From positions 310,001 to 374,000 of the forward strand of contig JAAOMT010000563.1 of the NCBI GenBank assembly GCA_016748015.1: DNA of 64,000 nt, written 5' to 3'. This document shows positions 38,280-51,786 of the stretch, piece by piece. Under the pieces are notes generated by a model that ran no database searches, was not told the origin of the DNA, and was given only the letters and a program-made list of their open reading frames with translations. Position numbers and translations under genes: made by a program. The stretch is from Geosiphon pyriformis uo1 (Eukaryota > Fungi > Glomeromycota). The number at the start of each line of letters is the position of its first letter. The first letter of the stretch is position 1.

Positions 38280-40890
38280 AAAAAAAACAGCTAAATATAC
38301 AGTCTCAAAATATGTACATAAACTATTTTCTTGTAAAACTATGAAGATTACAAAATTTTTATGATACTATTTAGAAACTTCTTACTAAACAGTATATATT
38401 ATAATAAAAAAATATTATAAAAAAAGACAAAATGTTCAGAAAGATTATAAGTTAATTAAAAAAATGTTTTAACAGATAAAATTGCTATTTTTTTATGATT
38501 TTTGGCCAATTTAATTAGAAAACTATTCTAGTTTTCTATAATAATTGCTATTAATATTGATAATAAAAAACTTTGTAATATAATTATTATTTGGCTTATT
38601 AACTATCAACAATTATTTTTTATAGTAAAAGATCTTAAATTAATCAAAATATTTTAATATTTGAACTTTATTTCTCAACTTGTTTGTACTAATACAATTA
38701 AGAATAAAGTTATAAAACTCTATGTCTTAAGTAGACAAAAATTAAAAATAAGCACTACTTTTATTATGAAATGTTTTTTTTTACTCATATTTATAATATA
38801 ATAGGCATACTTAAGTATTATCAAGTTCAAAATTAATAAGTAAATGACATAATAGAATAAACATTGTGAATAAATTTTTTAAAGTAATAAAAAATTATAG
38901 AATTACATTAAAGATACATATGTATATTTTTGCATAAATTTGGATTAATCAATAGCCAATAATAAAATTGGCATATTATAAAACATATTAGTATTATCTA
39001 AGGCTCAGAGTTATTACAGTATCTATATTATTAAAAATTGTGTTTTCTTAATATTGGTTTAAATTGGTTTTTATTATTGTCTCAAAGCTAAATTTTTGGC
39101 ATTAGCATCATTTAAGGCTCAAAATTATCACAATGCTTATATTATCAAAAACTGTATTTTTTAATGTTAATTTAAGTAATTTTTATTATTTCTTCAAGCC
39201 AAATTTTTAACCAAAAAGGTTAAAAAAGAAGTTTAAAAAAGAGTTATACTTACTTTTTTTTATACAAGTTTACTATTAATTTTATTAGTTATAATTTAAT
39301 TTTTTTTTAATAGCTTCTTGCTATTATATTTAATAATTTAACAAATAATAATACTTTTATAAAAGAGTTAGTAAGAAAATTAAAAGAAAAAAATATTTAA
39401 TAGAACTTAAAAGATCTTCAATTTTAATGTTTTAATTATATTCTAAACTTAACAATACAGACAGTCTTAAATAAAATAAAAAAAGAGGTTTTTAAGATAT
39501 TTGTTAAAAATCCAAGCCAAATATATTTACTTAAAATTTTCTTAATATAAACTTTATATAAATTAAAAATTAGGGAACTTAACTTTGCAATTTGTATTTC
39601 ATCTTAATATTTTAAGCTTCTTAAACATATCTGTAATACATATTAAATTAAATATCATAAACTTATTCTGAATTGTTTTATCTAGTAAAATTATATTTAT
39701 AATATAGTTAAAAATAAGTTATCTCTTAAATTGGTAAGTTATTTATTTCTGATTCTGTATATTTTAAATATAAAAATTCTAATTGTAAATTTATAAACAT
39801 TAAACACTCTTATTAGCACTCATATTGATTTTTATCAATATGCTATTTTACATAATTAGTGGATTGTTTTTAATAAAATTGCTAAATTTTTTGAACTATT
39901 TAAAAATATTATGATTAAAATATTAACCAGTTTAAATAATACTGTCTTTTCAATTATTCTTCTTTTCAATATTATTTTTAATCATATTAAAGATACAATT
40001 AATGATAATAAATCTGATAAAGCATTATAATCTCAATTGTATTTATTTAGTTATTTATTTAACATATTTAATATTAAATTTATTACTTGTTATAATAGCT
40101 AAAACAGCAAAAGAAAAGTTGGTTAAATATTACTCTAAAACAAATACAATTGTAATATTTTGTACTGTATTAAATCTAAGAAAAAAATTCAATTATTTCA
40201 CAAAGAGAAAATTTTCAAATAACAATATTAATAAAATAAAAAAATTGTAAGTTATTAATTTATTCAAACAGTTTTATTTTTTAATTTTTACACAATAAAT
40301 AAATCTTTAAAATACATACTTTTTTTAAAATAGAGTACACATTAAACATTATATTAATATCAAATAACAGTTTTTTATTGAATAGCAATTTTAATAATAC
40401 TATAGTATTAGTTATATAATTCATATTAAAGACAAATTTTAATAATAATAAGAAAAAAAACTTGACAAAATTGATTATTATATCTCTAAAAAAATGGCTA
40501 ATAAAAAAATAAATATATTAACATGTTAAAAGATATATTACAAAAAATATTTATCTAAATTAACATTTTATTAATAATTCGATATTTAGATACATTAAAC
40601 ACAATTTTTTCATTTTGTATATATGACTTATAATTATTTGACAATTTAAAAATTATCTGTTGTTTTTAAACATGTTTTTTCTGCAGATAAGAATATGATT
40701 ACAAATATAAGATCTTGCTTAATGCCTAAAACTATAAGAACAGCACAGTATCTTTTTAATAGTTAAATCTAAATATATTTATGAACTTTGAAATAAACTT
40801 AAACCAAACTTGTTGCATGTATTTGAGTTTAGTTCAAATTCAGTAATTTTAAATTTGGTTTAAATTTGAGTTTAAAATTTAGAAACTATA
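38280..40890 (+). mobile_element. hAT-superfamily DNA transposon remnant
   Basis: BED-like start; AKEKLVKYYSKTN..CTVLNLRKKFNYF (DPR motif region); SVVFKHVFSADKNMIT..RSCLMPKTIR at ~40660-40745 resembles the hAT dimerisation domain. Confidence 0.65.
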
Positions 40891-40899
40891 ATAATAATT

Positions 40900-41778
40900 A
40901 TATTTTTTGGCATGTTTATAAAAAATTTTTTAATCATCACAGTTTAATCTAACCTAATTTTTTGTTTTTTAATATTATTGTTTATAATGATTTTTTTTTT
41001 GGTTAATAATACAGTTTTTTTTATGTTTTCTTCTAAAGTAAATATTAATTTAATGATTTCTTTAAATTTTAAAAAGCTAATGGTCTTTTCAAAACCATTG
41101 ATTAATAAAAAATTTTTCTGATTGTTTTAATCTTTGCAGTTATTGATTTACTTTTTATGACTAAAAAATTAATATCCAATTCAAATAACTTTTTGACAAA
41201 TACTTTTACTTAAGTTTTAGTAATTTTAGAGTCAATTTATTTTTTGTTTAAAAATACTGAAAGATAAAAAAAAAGCAAAACATCATTATTATCTAAACTG
41301 TATTTCAATGTTCCAATAAAAGAACTAACTATTCTATTAATGTTAATTTTTTTGGCTTTAGAAGTGTTTATATTTGAGTTAAAATGGCTCTTATTTTTAT
41401 TGCCAGCTTTATATTTAGCATTATTATTAGTAAAAAAAATTATTGGCATCTTTTTATTAATATTTATTCTATTAAATTGTTTAATTATTTGTTTAATTTT
41501 TCTAAATCTCATATCTGCTTTATTTTTTGAATATATTATATTTTTTAAAAGTGCTTTTTGTTATTAAGCAAGATTTTTATTAATTAAACCTAATGTTAAA
41601 ACTTTTGCTAACTTTTTTTTAAATATAGAATCACTCATAATGACAGCCAACTTGACAATAAAAAAGTTTGTTTCTTAAAAAATAATAAGAGATATTGTAG
41701 TAAAACAGAAAAAAAACTTTTTTTAAAATTATTAATTCTTTTTTCTAAATTTGGAATAAAGAAGAGAAAGAAGTTTTT
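40900..41778 (-). pseudogene. 5' fragment of a third LINE family (5' UTR + ORF1 start), heavily decayed
   Basis: 5' motif CTTCTTTCTCTTC. Translation ..VFVKKLFELDIN..INGF..FKEIIKLIFTLEE parallels KSFALDI..INGFGG..IIRSTFTSE of the other ORF1s. Confidence 0.7.
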
Positions 41779-42229
41779 TTTTTTAAAAAAAAATATATTA
41801 TGTATTAATTTGTTTAGTTATTAAAATTAATTTAATATTATGATTTAAAATTTTAAATCAAAAAGTTTTAAATTATAATTTTAAATTATTAAAAAAAAAT
41901 TGTTTTGTTTTTTAGTTTAATCAAATTATAAGTTAAGTATTATATAAATTTTAATAATTAGTTTATTTTTTTTTAAATTTAAATATTAAAACTTTTTTAA
42001 AATATTTTAAAATATTATTCTTAATATAAAATTTTTAAGTTATAAATTTTTAATTTAAATTTGTATTGGCTTTAAAAAGTTAATTATTTTTAATAAAAGC
42101 TTCATATTAAAATATATTTATAATTAGAACTTTGATTAAAATGATAATTTTATTAATAATAATAAAATTATCAATTTTTTTTATTAAAATTTTTTTATAA
42201 TAATAATAATAATAATAATATTGTATAAA

Positions 42230-44525
42230 AACTTTTTGTCTCCTTAATTTTATGACCATGACCAGAACAAGAAGTAAAAAAACTATACCTGATATCTGTT
42301 CTGAAATATCTAATAAAATTTCAATCAAAGAAGCTTTTTCTATTGTGGAAGCAACTAAACAATATTTTAGAAGCCTTTTTTTTACCCAGTAATCGTGATA
42401 AACTGCCTTTGGTAACCACTGAAACAACTTCCTCATCTTTGGCTGGTTTCTTACCAGTTAAAGTTCTCTTAAAGAGACACACTTGAATTAGTCCCAGTGT
42501 TGCCTCTACCCCAACTAAGAGCCCAAAAGTATTTAATAATAGACTAGTAAATAAGCTGGTTTTTTCCTTTATAAATTCAACACCTGGTGCTGCTAACATT
42601 ATCTCTTTAAAAAAAATGGTCAAAAAGACCAAAGATTCAGAAAAGTGGAAGCAGTTGCTTGTTTCTATTATTGTTACACCAAACTCTTTTGTGGTTCTCA
42701 ATAAGATCTTAAATAAGATCTCCATAGCATTATCCAGCACATCATCCAAGATAGGCCTAAATCTACTACTGGTTGTATTGCCAAATATGGTGTCTTCCAG
42801 TAGATCATTACTGGTTTTAGAAGCAAAACAATTTCCTCTTGTTGAGTCACCTGTTCTTGAGAACTGGGCTGATTAAATGGAAACTGAATCATCTTCTCCT
42901 CTAGTTTTTGGTGCTACTTTTGATGGTTTTTGGAAAACTATTACTAGTTATTAAAGATTTGCTGAGTGGGTGGCCTTCATTCTGGTGCCTAGTGCTACTT
43001 TTAAGATTAAATTGGCTCATATTAAGGCTGTTTTTCAGTCAGTACATGGTTTCTTGGATGCAAAGTTGGTATTAAAAGACAATGTGAAGCTGTTTTGTAT
43101 GGAATTTGCTTTTCAAGTGTCTTTAGAAACTGCATTTTTGGTTGAGCTTACAAGCTTTGTACATTTGACCACTCTCAAAATTGCCAAGTCTTTGGTAATT
43201 TCTGAGTTTGGTTCTCTTTTTGCTGCTGTTGCACTGTGTAATATGCCCTTGGATGTGTTTGCTGTTGACATTAAGACTGTTCTCAGTGTGTTTGGTAATA
43301 TTACTCATGTTGTGCTAAAGCCTATTGGCATTTGGCAGTATGTGGTGGTTTATTTTGAGAAGTTGGATTCTGCTATATCTGCTTTGAATTATTGGTTAGT
43401 CTTGATGGGCAAGGATAGTATTAAAATCCTTTCTTTGATAAATCAAAATAAGATTATTTTGTTTTATGATAAGTTTAAGACCAAATTGGTCAATCTCCTT
43501 TCTGGATGCACAGCTTTTGAAATTAGTAATATGATTTCTCAGGTTGATAATTGAACATGTTTTATCTTTTGTTCTCTTGAGTTTGGTTGTCATTCCTAGT
43601 TTGCTCTAATTACATTTGGTTCTCAAGCTGATTTAGACTCTGTTATTGTCAAAACTGGTACACTGAAGAAATGCCATATTTGGTGAAAAATTTCTGGTTA
43701 TTGGTATTGTTTCAAGTGTTAAGAGCTGGGCCATTTGGCTGTGGACTGTAAGATTTTTTTGCCTCCTCCTCCCAAGTTTTCCAAGGTGTTTACACCACAT
43801 TTTGTTGATCTTAAGTCTTATGCTAAGACTTCTGCTCTCTTGAGCTCCTTTGGATTCCTATCTTTGTCACTTCTTGTCTCTTTTCCAGTTGTTATTGGTG
43901 ACTTTTTGGTGCTGTCCCAATTGTCTTCTTTGGAATCTGATTTAACTAAGCTTTTTGTTTTAGTTGAGTCTATTATTAAGCCTATTGGCTCTTTGGTTAC
44001 AATTTTTGAACAGTTTATTAATGGTGATTTGGTTTTAAGTAGTGTTCTTGGTCTTAGGATCAATGAAGTTTTGGTACATATGAGTTTTTTTAGTAGAACT
44101 GTTGATAAGTTGAGGAGAAAAGTGGTTTTTTTGAAAAAAAAATGCTGCATAAAGAATCTTAATATGTCTGGTAATTCAGAACTTCCACCTGTTGTGGGTG
44201 ATAAGGTGTTTTCCAACTTAATGTTTCTTTGAGAGCATGAGTCTGTTGATGTTAAAACTGATCCTTTTAAAACTGCCAAGTGGCTAGTTGATTTGGTTTC
44301 TTGCAGTACAACTTTGTTTTTTGTTATTCAAAAGATGTCATCTTTGGATAATTTTTCTTCTGTAGCATTAGCATAATGTGTCTTTGACTGGTTCGAATAG
44401 CTGGTCATGTGTAAAAAATACATGATTAGTGCCTAATTTAGATCACTTAGTTTGATGTATTGTTTTAAGTAGCTTTTGGGTCTCACTCATTAAACTTTAA
44501 TAAAATAATAATAATAATAATAATA
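42230..44525 (+). mobile_element. Full-length half-LINE copy 3 (~2.3 kb): single ~700-codon ORF1 (42258-44376, disrupted), LINE-type 3' tail, (TAA)n end
   Basis: ORF fragments 42616-42876, 42970-43554 and 43735-44232. No APE/RT sequence between the stop and the tail. Confidence 0.9.
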
Positions 44526-44873
44526 TTTAATATTTAATAGATTATTAATATTTTGTTTAAGTTTTTGTATTAATTAGTAAATAATAATACTTTTAGTAAA
44601 ACTACTATTTAAAATTAACTAAATTGATTTTTTTTCAATTTTTATTTTAATATACAGTTAATTTAAGATAACTTATACTTTTAGTGAATACAAATTACTA
44701 TGAATTATTACAAGTTATAAGTTTTTTTAGGTTTAAGTATATATAATATATATATAATAAAAATAAATATAATATTATTAAAAAATAAATTTATTTGCAT
44801 ATTTTTATAAGAATTTTTAAATAACTTAAGCAATATTAAAAAAACTTGTAAGAGCTATTTGTTTTTGTTTATT

Positions 44874-46400
44874 TTATATTTTTTTATAAAGTATATGTTT
44901 AATATAAACAAGCTTACTAACTATATCATAAAATTTCTTGCTATTTTTAAGCTTTATAAACTGTTCAAGATTTATAATAGCAGTTAGTATATCTTTAATA
45001 CTTATTACTTTTTGTACTTCTTGTTTTTTATCAGAGCTATCATGCTTTTTTTTACAATTTGTTATAATATAATTTGCAATTTTATTATTATCTAAATATT
45101 TCAAAGTAATTGTATTATTTTTCTCAAATAGATTTATCAACTTTTTAATTAATAAGTATGTACAATTTGGTTGTATGTAATTAAACTTTTACAGAAATTT
45201 TTAATCTTTTTTAATACTATTTCTTGATTATAATTAACTATTATTTTCAAGTTTATAGTTTTATTTTAAAAGTTGTCATTTGTATTAATTGGAAGAATAC
45301 TAACTTTGTGCCAATAATAAGTAATTGTTTTATTTAAAACATTCTTTCATGTTCTATAAATTAAACACATTGCTTAAAGTTGGTTAATTACATAAATATC
45401 ATTAGCACTATTATTAAAAAAATTTAATGCATAACAAAAAAAATAGCAATAGTAATATGCCTTAAAACAATAAATAATTTCAGCATCTATAAACTTAATA
45501 TATATTGTCAAATTAAGTACAAACTATTTTACATGAATATTTATAATAAATCTTATATTAAAGTTGTAATTAGCAAAATTGTTTACTAATAACAATATTT
45601 TTTGGTTTTTTTTACATAGCTAATAGTTCTAATTAACAAAATATTGTCGAAAAATATTACCAGTTATTTAAGCATAAGTGTTTAAATAATACTAAAAACC
45701 AAGTTGTTTTCCTGTTTTTTTTTAAAAACAGTATAAATATTTAGCATAACTAATAATAAGTGATAACAAATGCTCAGTTTTATTAGTATTAGTTGTAAAG
45801 ACAAATATCAATTGTATTTTTGATTGTTTAGTGTCATAATATAGTATTATGTAAAATTTTGATTTGGTAATATAACATAAAATATTGCATAATTTTTAAT
45901 TAGTAAGAAATGTGATTACATATATTTACTTATTTTTAATATGTTTAATATTAGCTAATAATATATTATCATAAAAATAAAATAAATGCAATTTAACATG
46001 GTCTTTAAAATTTTTAAGCCAACTATTAGATAGTTTTTGGTACTTATTTTCTGGAATATTTAATTAATTATAAAACTTTATGTTAACAGTTTAAATTACA
46101 TTTTTAGTAAATATTATTTTACATAATTTTGTCTCTTAAACAAAAATAATAAGTGCTTTATTAAAATCAGAATTACATACTATACATATATACTTGCTAG
46201 TTAAAGTATATATTATATTTGTTTATGTACAAAAATTTGGTTTATCTTTGATCCAAGCCAAAACTAGAAGCTGTTTTATGTATAAAAAACCGTTTTCCTT
46301 AAAATGTTTTATAGTTTTTGATTAGTTTTTATTATTTGCATAATACTAATTAAACATTATAAACTTATTATAAAGTGTAATATTTTCATAGCTTTGCAGA
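44874..46400 (-). pseudogene. pogo-like transposase remnant (CENP-B/Tc5 HTH + DDE_1)
   Basis: KLSNSWLKNFK (HTH); KKTGKQLGF, KILLLVNNF, IDAEIIYCFKAYY, DIYVINQL.AM, TITYYWHKVSILP. Confidence 0.8.
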
Positions 46401-46496
46401 ATACAAATTGAAAAGATAACATGTTTTTTGCTATTAAACATAATAAAATCAAAAGACAAAAGAAAAGTATGATTAAAACTCTAATTAAATAAGACT

Positions 46497-46992
46497 AATT
46501 CAAAAATTTGATTTGATTATTTATATAATTAATAATAATTTAAAACTTGGAACAATTTGAAACTCTGCTTTGATTACTCACATAATCAATAATAATTTAA
46601 AACTTAAAACAATTTGAAACTCTGACTTGATTATTTATACAATTAATAATAATTTAAAATTTGAAACAATTTAAAACTCTAACTTAATTATTTACAAAGT
46701 TAGTAATAATTTAAAACTTGGAACAATTTAAAATTCTGACTTGATTACTTATATAATTAATAATAATTTAGAATTAAAGACAATTTGAAACTCTGACTTG
46801 ATTACTTATACAATAAATGATAATTTAAAACTTGAAACAATTTAAAACTCTGACTTAATTATTTATAAAGTCAGTAATAATTTAAAACTTGGAACAATTC
46901 AAAACTTTGACTTGATTACTCATGTAATTGATGATAATTTAAAACTTTGAACAATTCAAAACTCTAACTTAATTACTTATATAATTAATAAT
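46497..46992. repeat. Tandem array, ~8.7 copies of a 57-bp unit
   Basis: Unit ~AATTTGAAACTCTGACTTGATTACTTATATAATTAATAATAATTTAAAACTTGGAAC; starts at 46497, 46554, 46611 and onward. Confidence 0.92.
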
Positions 46993-48552
46993 TATTCTGT
47001 TAAATAAGTGATATTATATTATTATATAGCATTTTTAGTCATAGAAATATTGATTTGTTTTACTGCAATTTTATCAAAATTAACAAAATTTAAACTAAAT
47101 CTAATATGTAAAATAATCTATATTAATAGTAAAAAGTTATAAATTATTGAATATTACAAGTATAGGTTATAAACATAAAAATTTTTTAATTACCAAATTG
47201 GTATATTCAAAATACTATGATTTATTATTGATTATAAGTTATCTTAATATGAATTATCTTAAATTTGACTGTATATAATAATAATTGCTTTTTATTTTAA
47301 AATTATTATATTATTTACCAAAATTAATAATTTATTTGTTTTAAATCTAAATAAAAAAATATTAAATAACTAAATTAAATATAAAATATTTGAATTATTA
47401 TTGATTGTTATTTTAAAAAACCAATTAATTATTGAAACTATTTTTGTTATTAATTGCTTAAAAATAATTTTATTATAGGAATTGATTTAGTTAAATTAAT
47501 TTTTTTATTGGTATTTAATAATTTTAAATTAATAATAGTTGTTACTATTATTATATAAATAATAAAACAGATTAATTATAATCTAAAAAATAATATATTA
47601 ATAATAATAATAAAATTACTATAATTAAGATAAAAAACATGGATTATTTTGTTTTTGTTGAATTTTTTAAATTTTTAGTAATTTCTTTTTAGTGTTTTAA
47701 TTTTACAATAATAGTAATTTGAATTCTAAAATTAGTTATTAGATAGTAATACTAAAAAGTTGTTTTGATTTTATTGTTATAGAAATTAATACTTGTATTA
47801 TTAATTAATAAAATAATTTTTAATAATTTTTGTTAATTGTTTATTTTTTTTTAATTATTAAACTGGTTTTTTTTATAATAAAAATTAACAAGTTTAATAT
47901 AATTTGTTTTTTTATTGTTATTTTATATATTATAATATATTGAATAGTAAAAACCAAGTTTTATAAAACATATAATATTATTGAAAAAAAGTACAGATTT
48001 AATAATTTTTTTAATAATAATAATATTTTTTTTATATATAATTACAGATTATAATATATAAACTATTTTAATATTTGAAAAAATGAAAAAAATGATAAAT
48101 AAAATATTTAAAATAAAAAAAAAGTATTGTTATTATTATTTATTTTTCAATTTTAATATAAGTTTTATTAAAAAAAATAATTAAATTTTATAAAAGCACA
48201 AAAACTACAACTAGCTAAAAATAAAAACCAACTTAACAAAATTACAACCAATTTTTTTTTAATTAATTAATAAAAATATGTTATATTTAAAAATTTAATT
48301 TATAAAAAGCAAAAAAAAATTATTAAAAAGTTAAAAAATTATAATTAAAATATTTGATTAATTAAAATACTATTATTAAATTATAATTTTAACAATAACT
48401 TTATTACTTAATTAATATTATAACAAAAACAAGATTAGATAATAAAATTAAAAACTTGTTTATAAAAATAAAATATAATATAAAATATAAATAATATATA
48501 ATTTAAAGAATATAAAATAATAAAAAACTCAAAATATTAATAATAAATATGT

Positions 48553-48805
48553 TATTATTAGAAGTTTTTAGTTTTTTTTCTTGAATGCTATTGTTGTTGC
48601 TTTGCTGTTAATCACTAATTATTGAAAGCTGTTAAATTTTTAATAATTAAATTTGTGATTATCACAATTTGTATATTATATAAATTGAATTATTAATTAA
48701 ATAATGATAGTTAATAATTTGACTAATTTAATACAGTTAATTAATAATATAAATTATATAAATAATTTTTATGTTAATTAATAATTCAAATTTCTATTAA
48801 TAATA
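48553..48805 (-). mobile_element. Internally deleted decayed solo LTR-A (253 bp) with 4-bp TSD ATGT
   Basis: Both LTR-A termini recognisable; ATGT at 48549-48552 and 48806-48809. Confidence 0.65.
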
Positions 48806-49700
48806 ATGTAAAAAATAATAAAAACATAACTTAAAATGTCAATAATAAATATAAAAACATATTTTAAATATTGATAATAAATATTTAAAACTTAGAAAAA
48901 AAGAAATATATATATAAAAAAAACTAATTATTTACTATAAAATTATAAAAAAAAATTTATTTAATATAAAATTAACACTTTTTTAAATTAATAAAAAGTC
49001 TATATATATTAAATCTATATATTATATTAAGATTATTTAAATATTATTTCTTTTTAAACTTTATAATTAACTTAATATAAAATATTTATATATATTAAAT
49101 TAATTAAATTAATTATAAATTTATTTAATATATTATTTTTTTTATTAATAATTAGAAATAAATCAATTAATTATATTTTTTATTAATTATTTTTGAATAG
49201 TTATTGCAAATCTAAAATATTAAACTACATAAATAAAAATTTTAAAACATAAAAAAGTTTGTTATTATTAAATTAAATATGTCGATTTTAATTTTTATAA
49301 TGTTTTTTAGTTTGTTAAAATTTTTTGTATTTAATTTAGTTAAATAGTTAAATTGTATTATATTTTTTTGTTGTAATTAAACTAATTACTAATTTTTTAT
49401 TTACTGGTTGATTTTGTTAATTAAATATAATAATATAAGTTTTTTTGCATGATTTTAATAATAATTTTTATAGAATATATTGTAATTTTTGGATTAAAAA
49501 CTGTAAAAATTTATTAATAACAATAATTAAACTTTTTAATAAGTTTGTTTTTTAATTTAACAATAAATTAATTTAAAATTTAAGCATTAAAATAGTATTT
49601 ATTTGTTTTTAATTGCCTCATTTTTTTAAAAAATTTGTTAAATTTTTTCAGATAAGTTATAATAGTTTTAAATAATATTTGTTTAATATTTTAAAATCAG

Positions 49701-49840
49701 TATTACTAACAAAAATTTAAAATATTATTTAACATAAAATTATTTTTATAATTCCTCTTATTAATTAGTATATATTATTATTTTAATTTATTACTTATTA
49801 TCTTATTAAATTATCTGAATTATTATTCAATTAATAATTT
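49701..49840 (+). repeat. Decayed LTR-A 5' fragment truncated by half-LINE copy 4
   Basis: Aligns to 35065-35200 and 51979-52110. Confidence 0.6.
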
Positions 49841-49851
49841 GATATAAAAAA

Positions 49852-51786
49852 ACTCTTTGTTTTCTTAATTTTATGATTATGACCAGAGCAAAGAGTAAAA
49901 AAGCTGCACCTAATATCTGTTCTGAGATATTTAATAAAATTTCAACCAGAGGAGCTCTCTCTGTTGTAGAAGCAACTAGGCAAAATGTTTTAGAAGCCTT
50001 TTCTTTATTCAGTAATCGTGATAAGCTGCCTTTGGTGGCCACTGAAGCAACTTTCTCATCTTTGGCTGATTTCTTATCAGTCAAAGTTCCTTCAAAGAGA
50101 CACATTTGGGTTAGTCTCAGTGTTGCTTCTATCTCTACTAAGAGCCCAAAAGTGTTTAATAATAGACCAGTTAACAAGCTGGTCTTCTTTTTTATAGCTT
50201 CTACATGGTGTTGCTAGCACCACCTCTTCAAAAAAAATGGTCAAAAAGACCAAAAGTTCAGAAAAGTGAGAGCAGTTGCTTACCTCTGCTATTGTTACAC
50301 CGAACTCCTTTGTGGTTCCCAATGAAATCTTGGATGAAATTTTTGTAGCATCATCTGGTATGTTGTCTAAGATGAGCCAAGATTAACCACAGGCTGTGTT
50401 GTCAAATGTGGTGTCTTCCGGCAGATCATTGCCAGTTTTAGAAGCAAAGCAATCTCTTTCTGTTGAGTCACCTGTTCTTGGGAACTGGGCTGATCAAATG
50501 GAAACTGAATTATCTCTTTTTCTAGTTTCTGGTGCTACTTCTGGTGGTATTTAAGAAACTATTACTAGTTGTCAAAAATTTGCTGGGTGAGTGGCCTCCA
50601 CTCTGGTGCCTAGTGCTACTTTTAAGATCAAATTGGCTCATGTTAAGACTGTTTTTCAGTCAGTACATGGTTTCTTGGGTGCAAAATCAGTATCAAAAGA
50701 CAATGTAAAGCTGTTTTGTGTGAAGTTTGCTTTTCAAGTGTCTTTAAAAGCTGCATTCTTAGTTGAGCTTACAAGCTTTGTACATTTGGCCACCCTTAAA
50801 ATTGCCAAGTTTTTGGTAATTTCTGAGTCTGGTTTCCCTTTTGCTGCTGTTGCGCTGTGTGATATGCTCTTGGGTGTATTTGCTGCTGACATTAAGACAG
50901 CTCTCAGTGTGTTTGGTAGTGTTGTTTATGTTGTGTTGAAGCCTGCTGGTATTTGGCAGTACATGGTGGTTTATTTTGAAAAGTTAAACTCTGCTGTGTT
51001 TGCTTTGAATCATTGATCAGTTTTAGTGGGCAAAAATAGTGTTAGAATCCTTCTCTTGGTGAATTAAAATAAAACTATTTTGTCTCATAATAGGTTTAAA
51101 GCCAAGTTGGTCAACCTTTTTCCTGGTTGTACTGTCTTTGAAATCAGTAATATGATTTCTCAAGTTGGTGACCAGACTTGTTTCATTTCTTGGTCTTTTA
51201 ATTCTGGTTGTTGTCTTTACTTTGCTCTAGTTACGTTTGGATCTTAAGCTGATATGGATCTTGCTGTTGCCAAAACTGGTACACTTAGAAAGTGCCATAT
51301 TTGGTAGGAGACTCCTAATTGTCAGCATTATTTTCAGTGTTAAGAAATAGGTCACTTGGCTGTAGACTGTAAAGTTGCTTTATCTCCCTTTCTTAAGACT
51401 TCTAAGGTGTTTAAACCATGTTTTGTTGTTATGCTAAGACATCTAATCTCCCTGTTATGTCTGAATTTTCTCTTTTGGTGGCTTCCATTCCTCCTGTAGC
51501 TATTGTTAATCCTGCTGTTGGGTCCAGATTGGACTCTTTGGAAAAGCAAATTTCGAATTTGGCTGCTTTGGTAAAGTTTATTGTTGAGCCTATTGGCTCT
51601 TTGGTTGTCTTGGTATCTCATCTCCTTGATGATAATACTGTTAAAGCTGTTTAGGTTAAAAAAAATCTTCTTTCTATGAAATATGCTTCTAACAATTTTG
51701 CCAATCTTTTGGTTAGTATGTCTAAGAACATTGCTTGTCTTAGATCTGAAGTTGACTTTGGTGACATGGATTATGATGATATGCAG
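49852..51786 (+). mobile_element. Half-LINE copy 4, 5' intact, interrupted by Gypsy-B at 51787
   Basis: ORF fragments 49873-50217, 50591-51016 and 51418-51654; C-terminus is copy-2 type. Confidence 0.88.

Larger units (their letters stand above)
44655..47271 (-). mobile_element. pogo/Tigger-like (Tc1/mariner superfamily) DNA transposon with TIRs and TA TSD
   Basis: TA|CAGTTAATTTAAGATAA.. and ..TTATCTTAAATTTGACTG|TA; internal transposase remnant. Confidence 0.82.

Noticed and set aside
46497-46992. CRISPR-like array
   Set aside because: Units are contiguous homologs without unique spacers; no cas genes; eukaryotic TE context.
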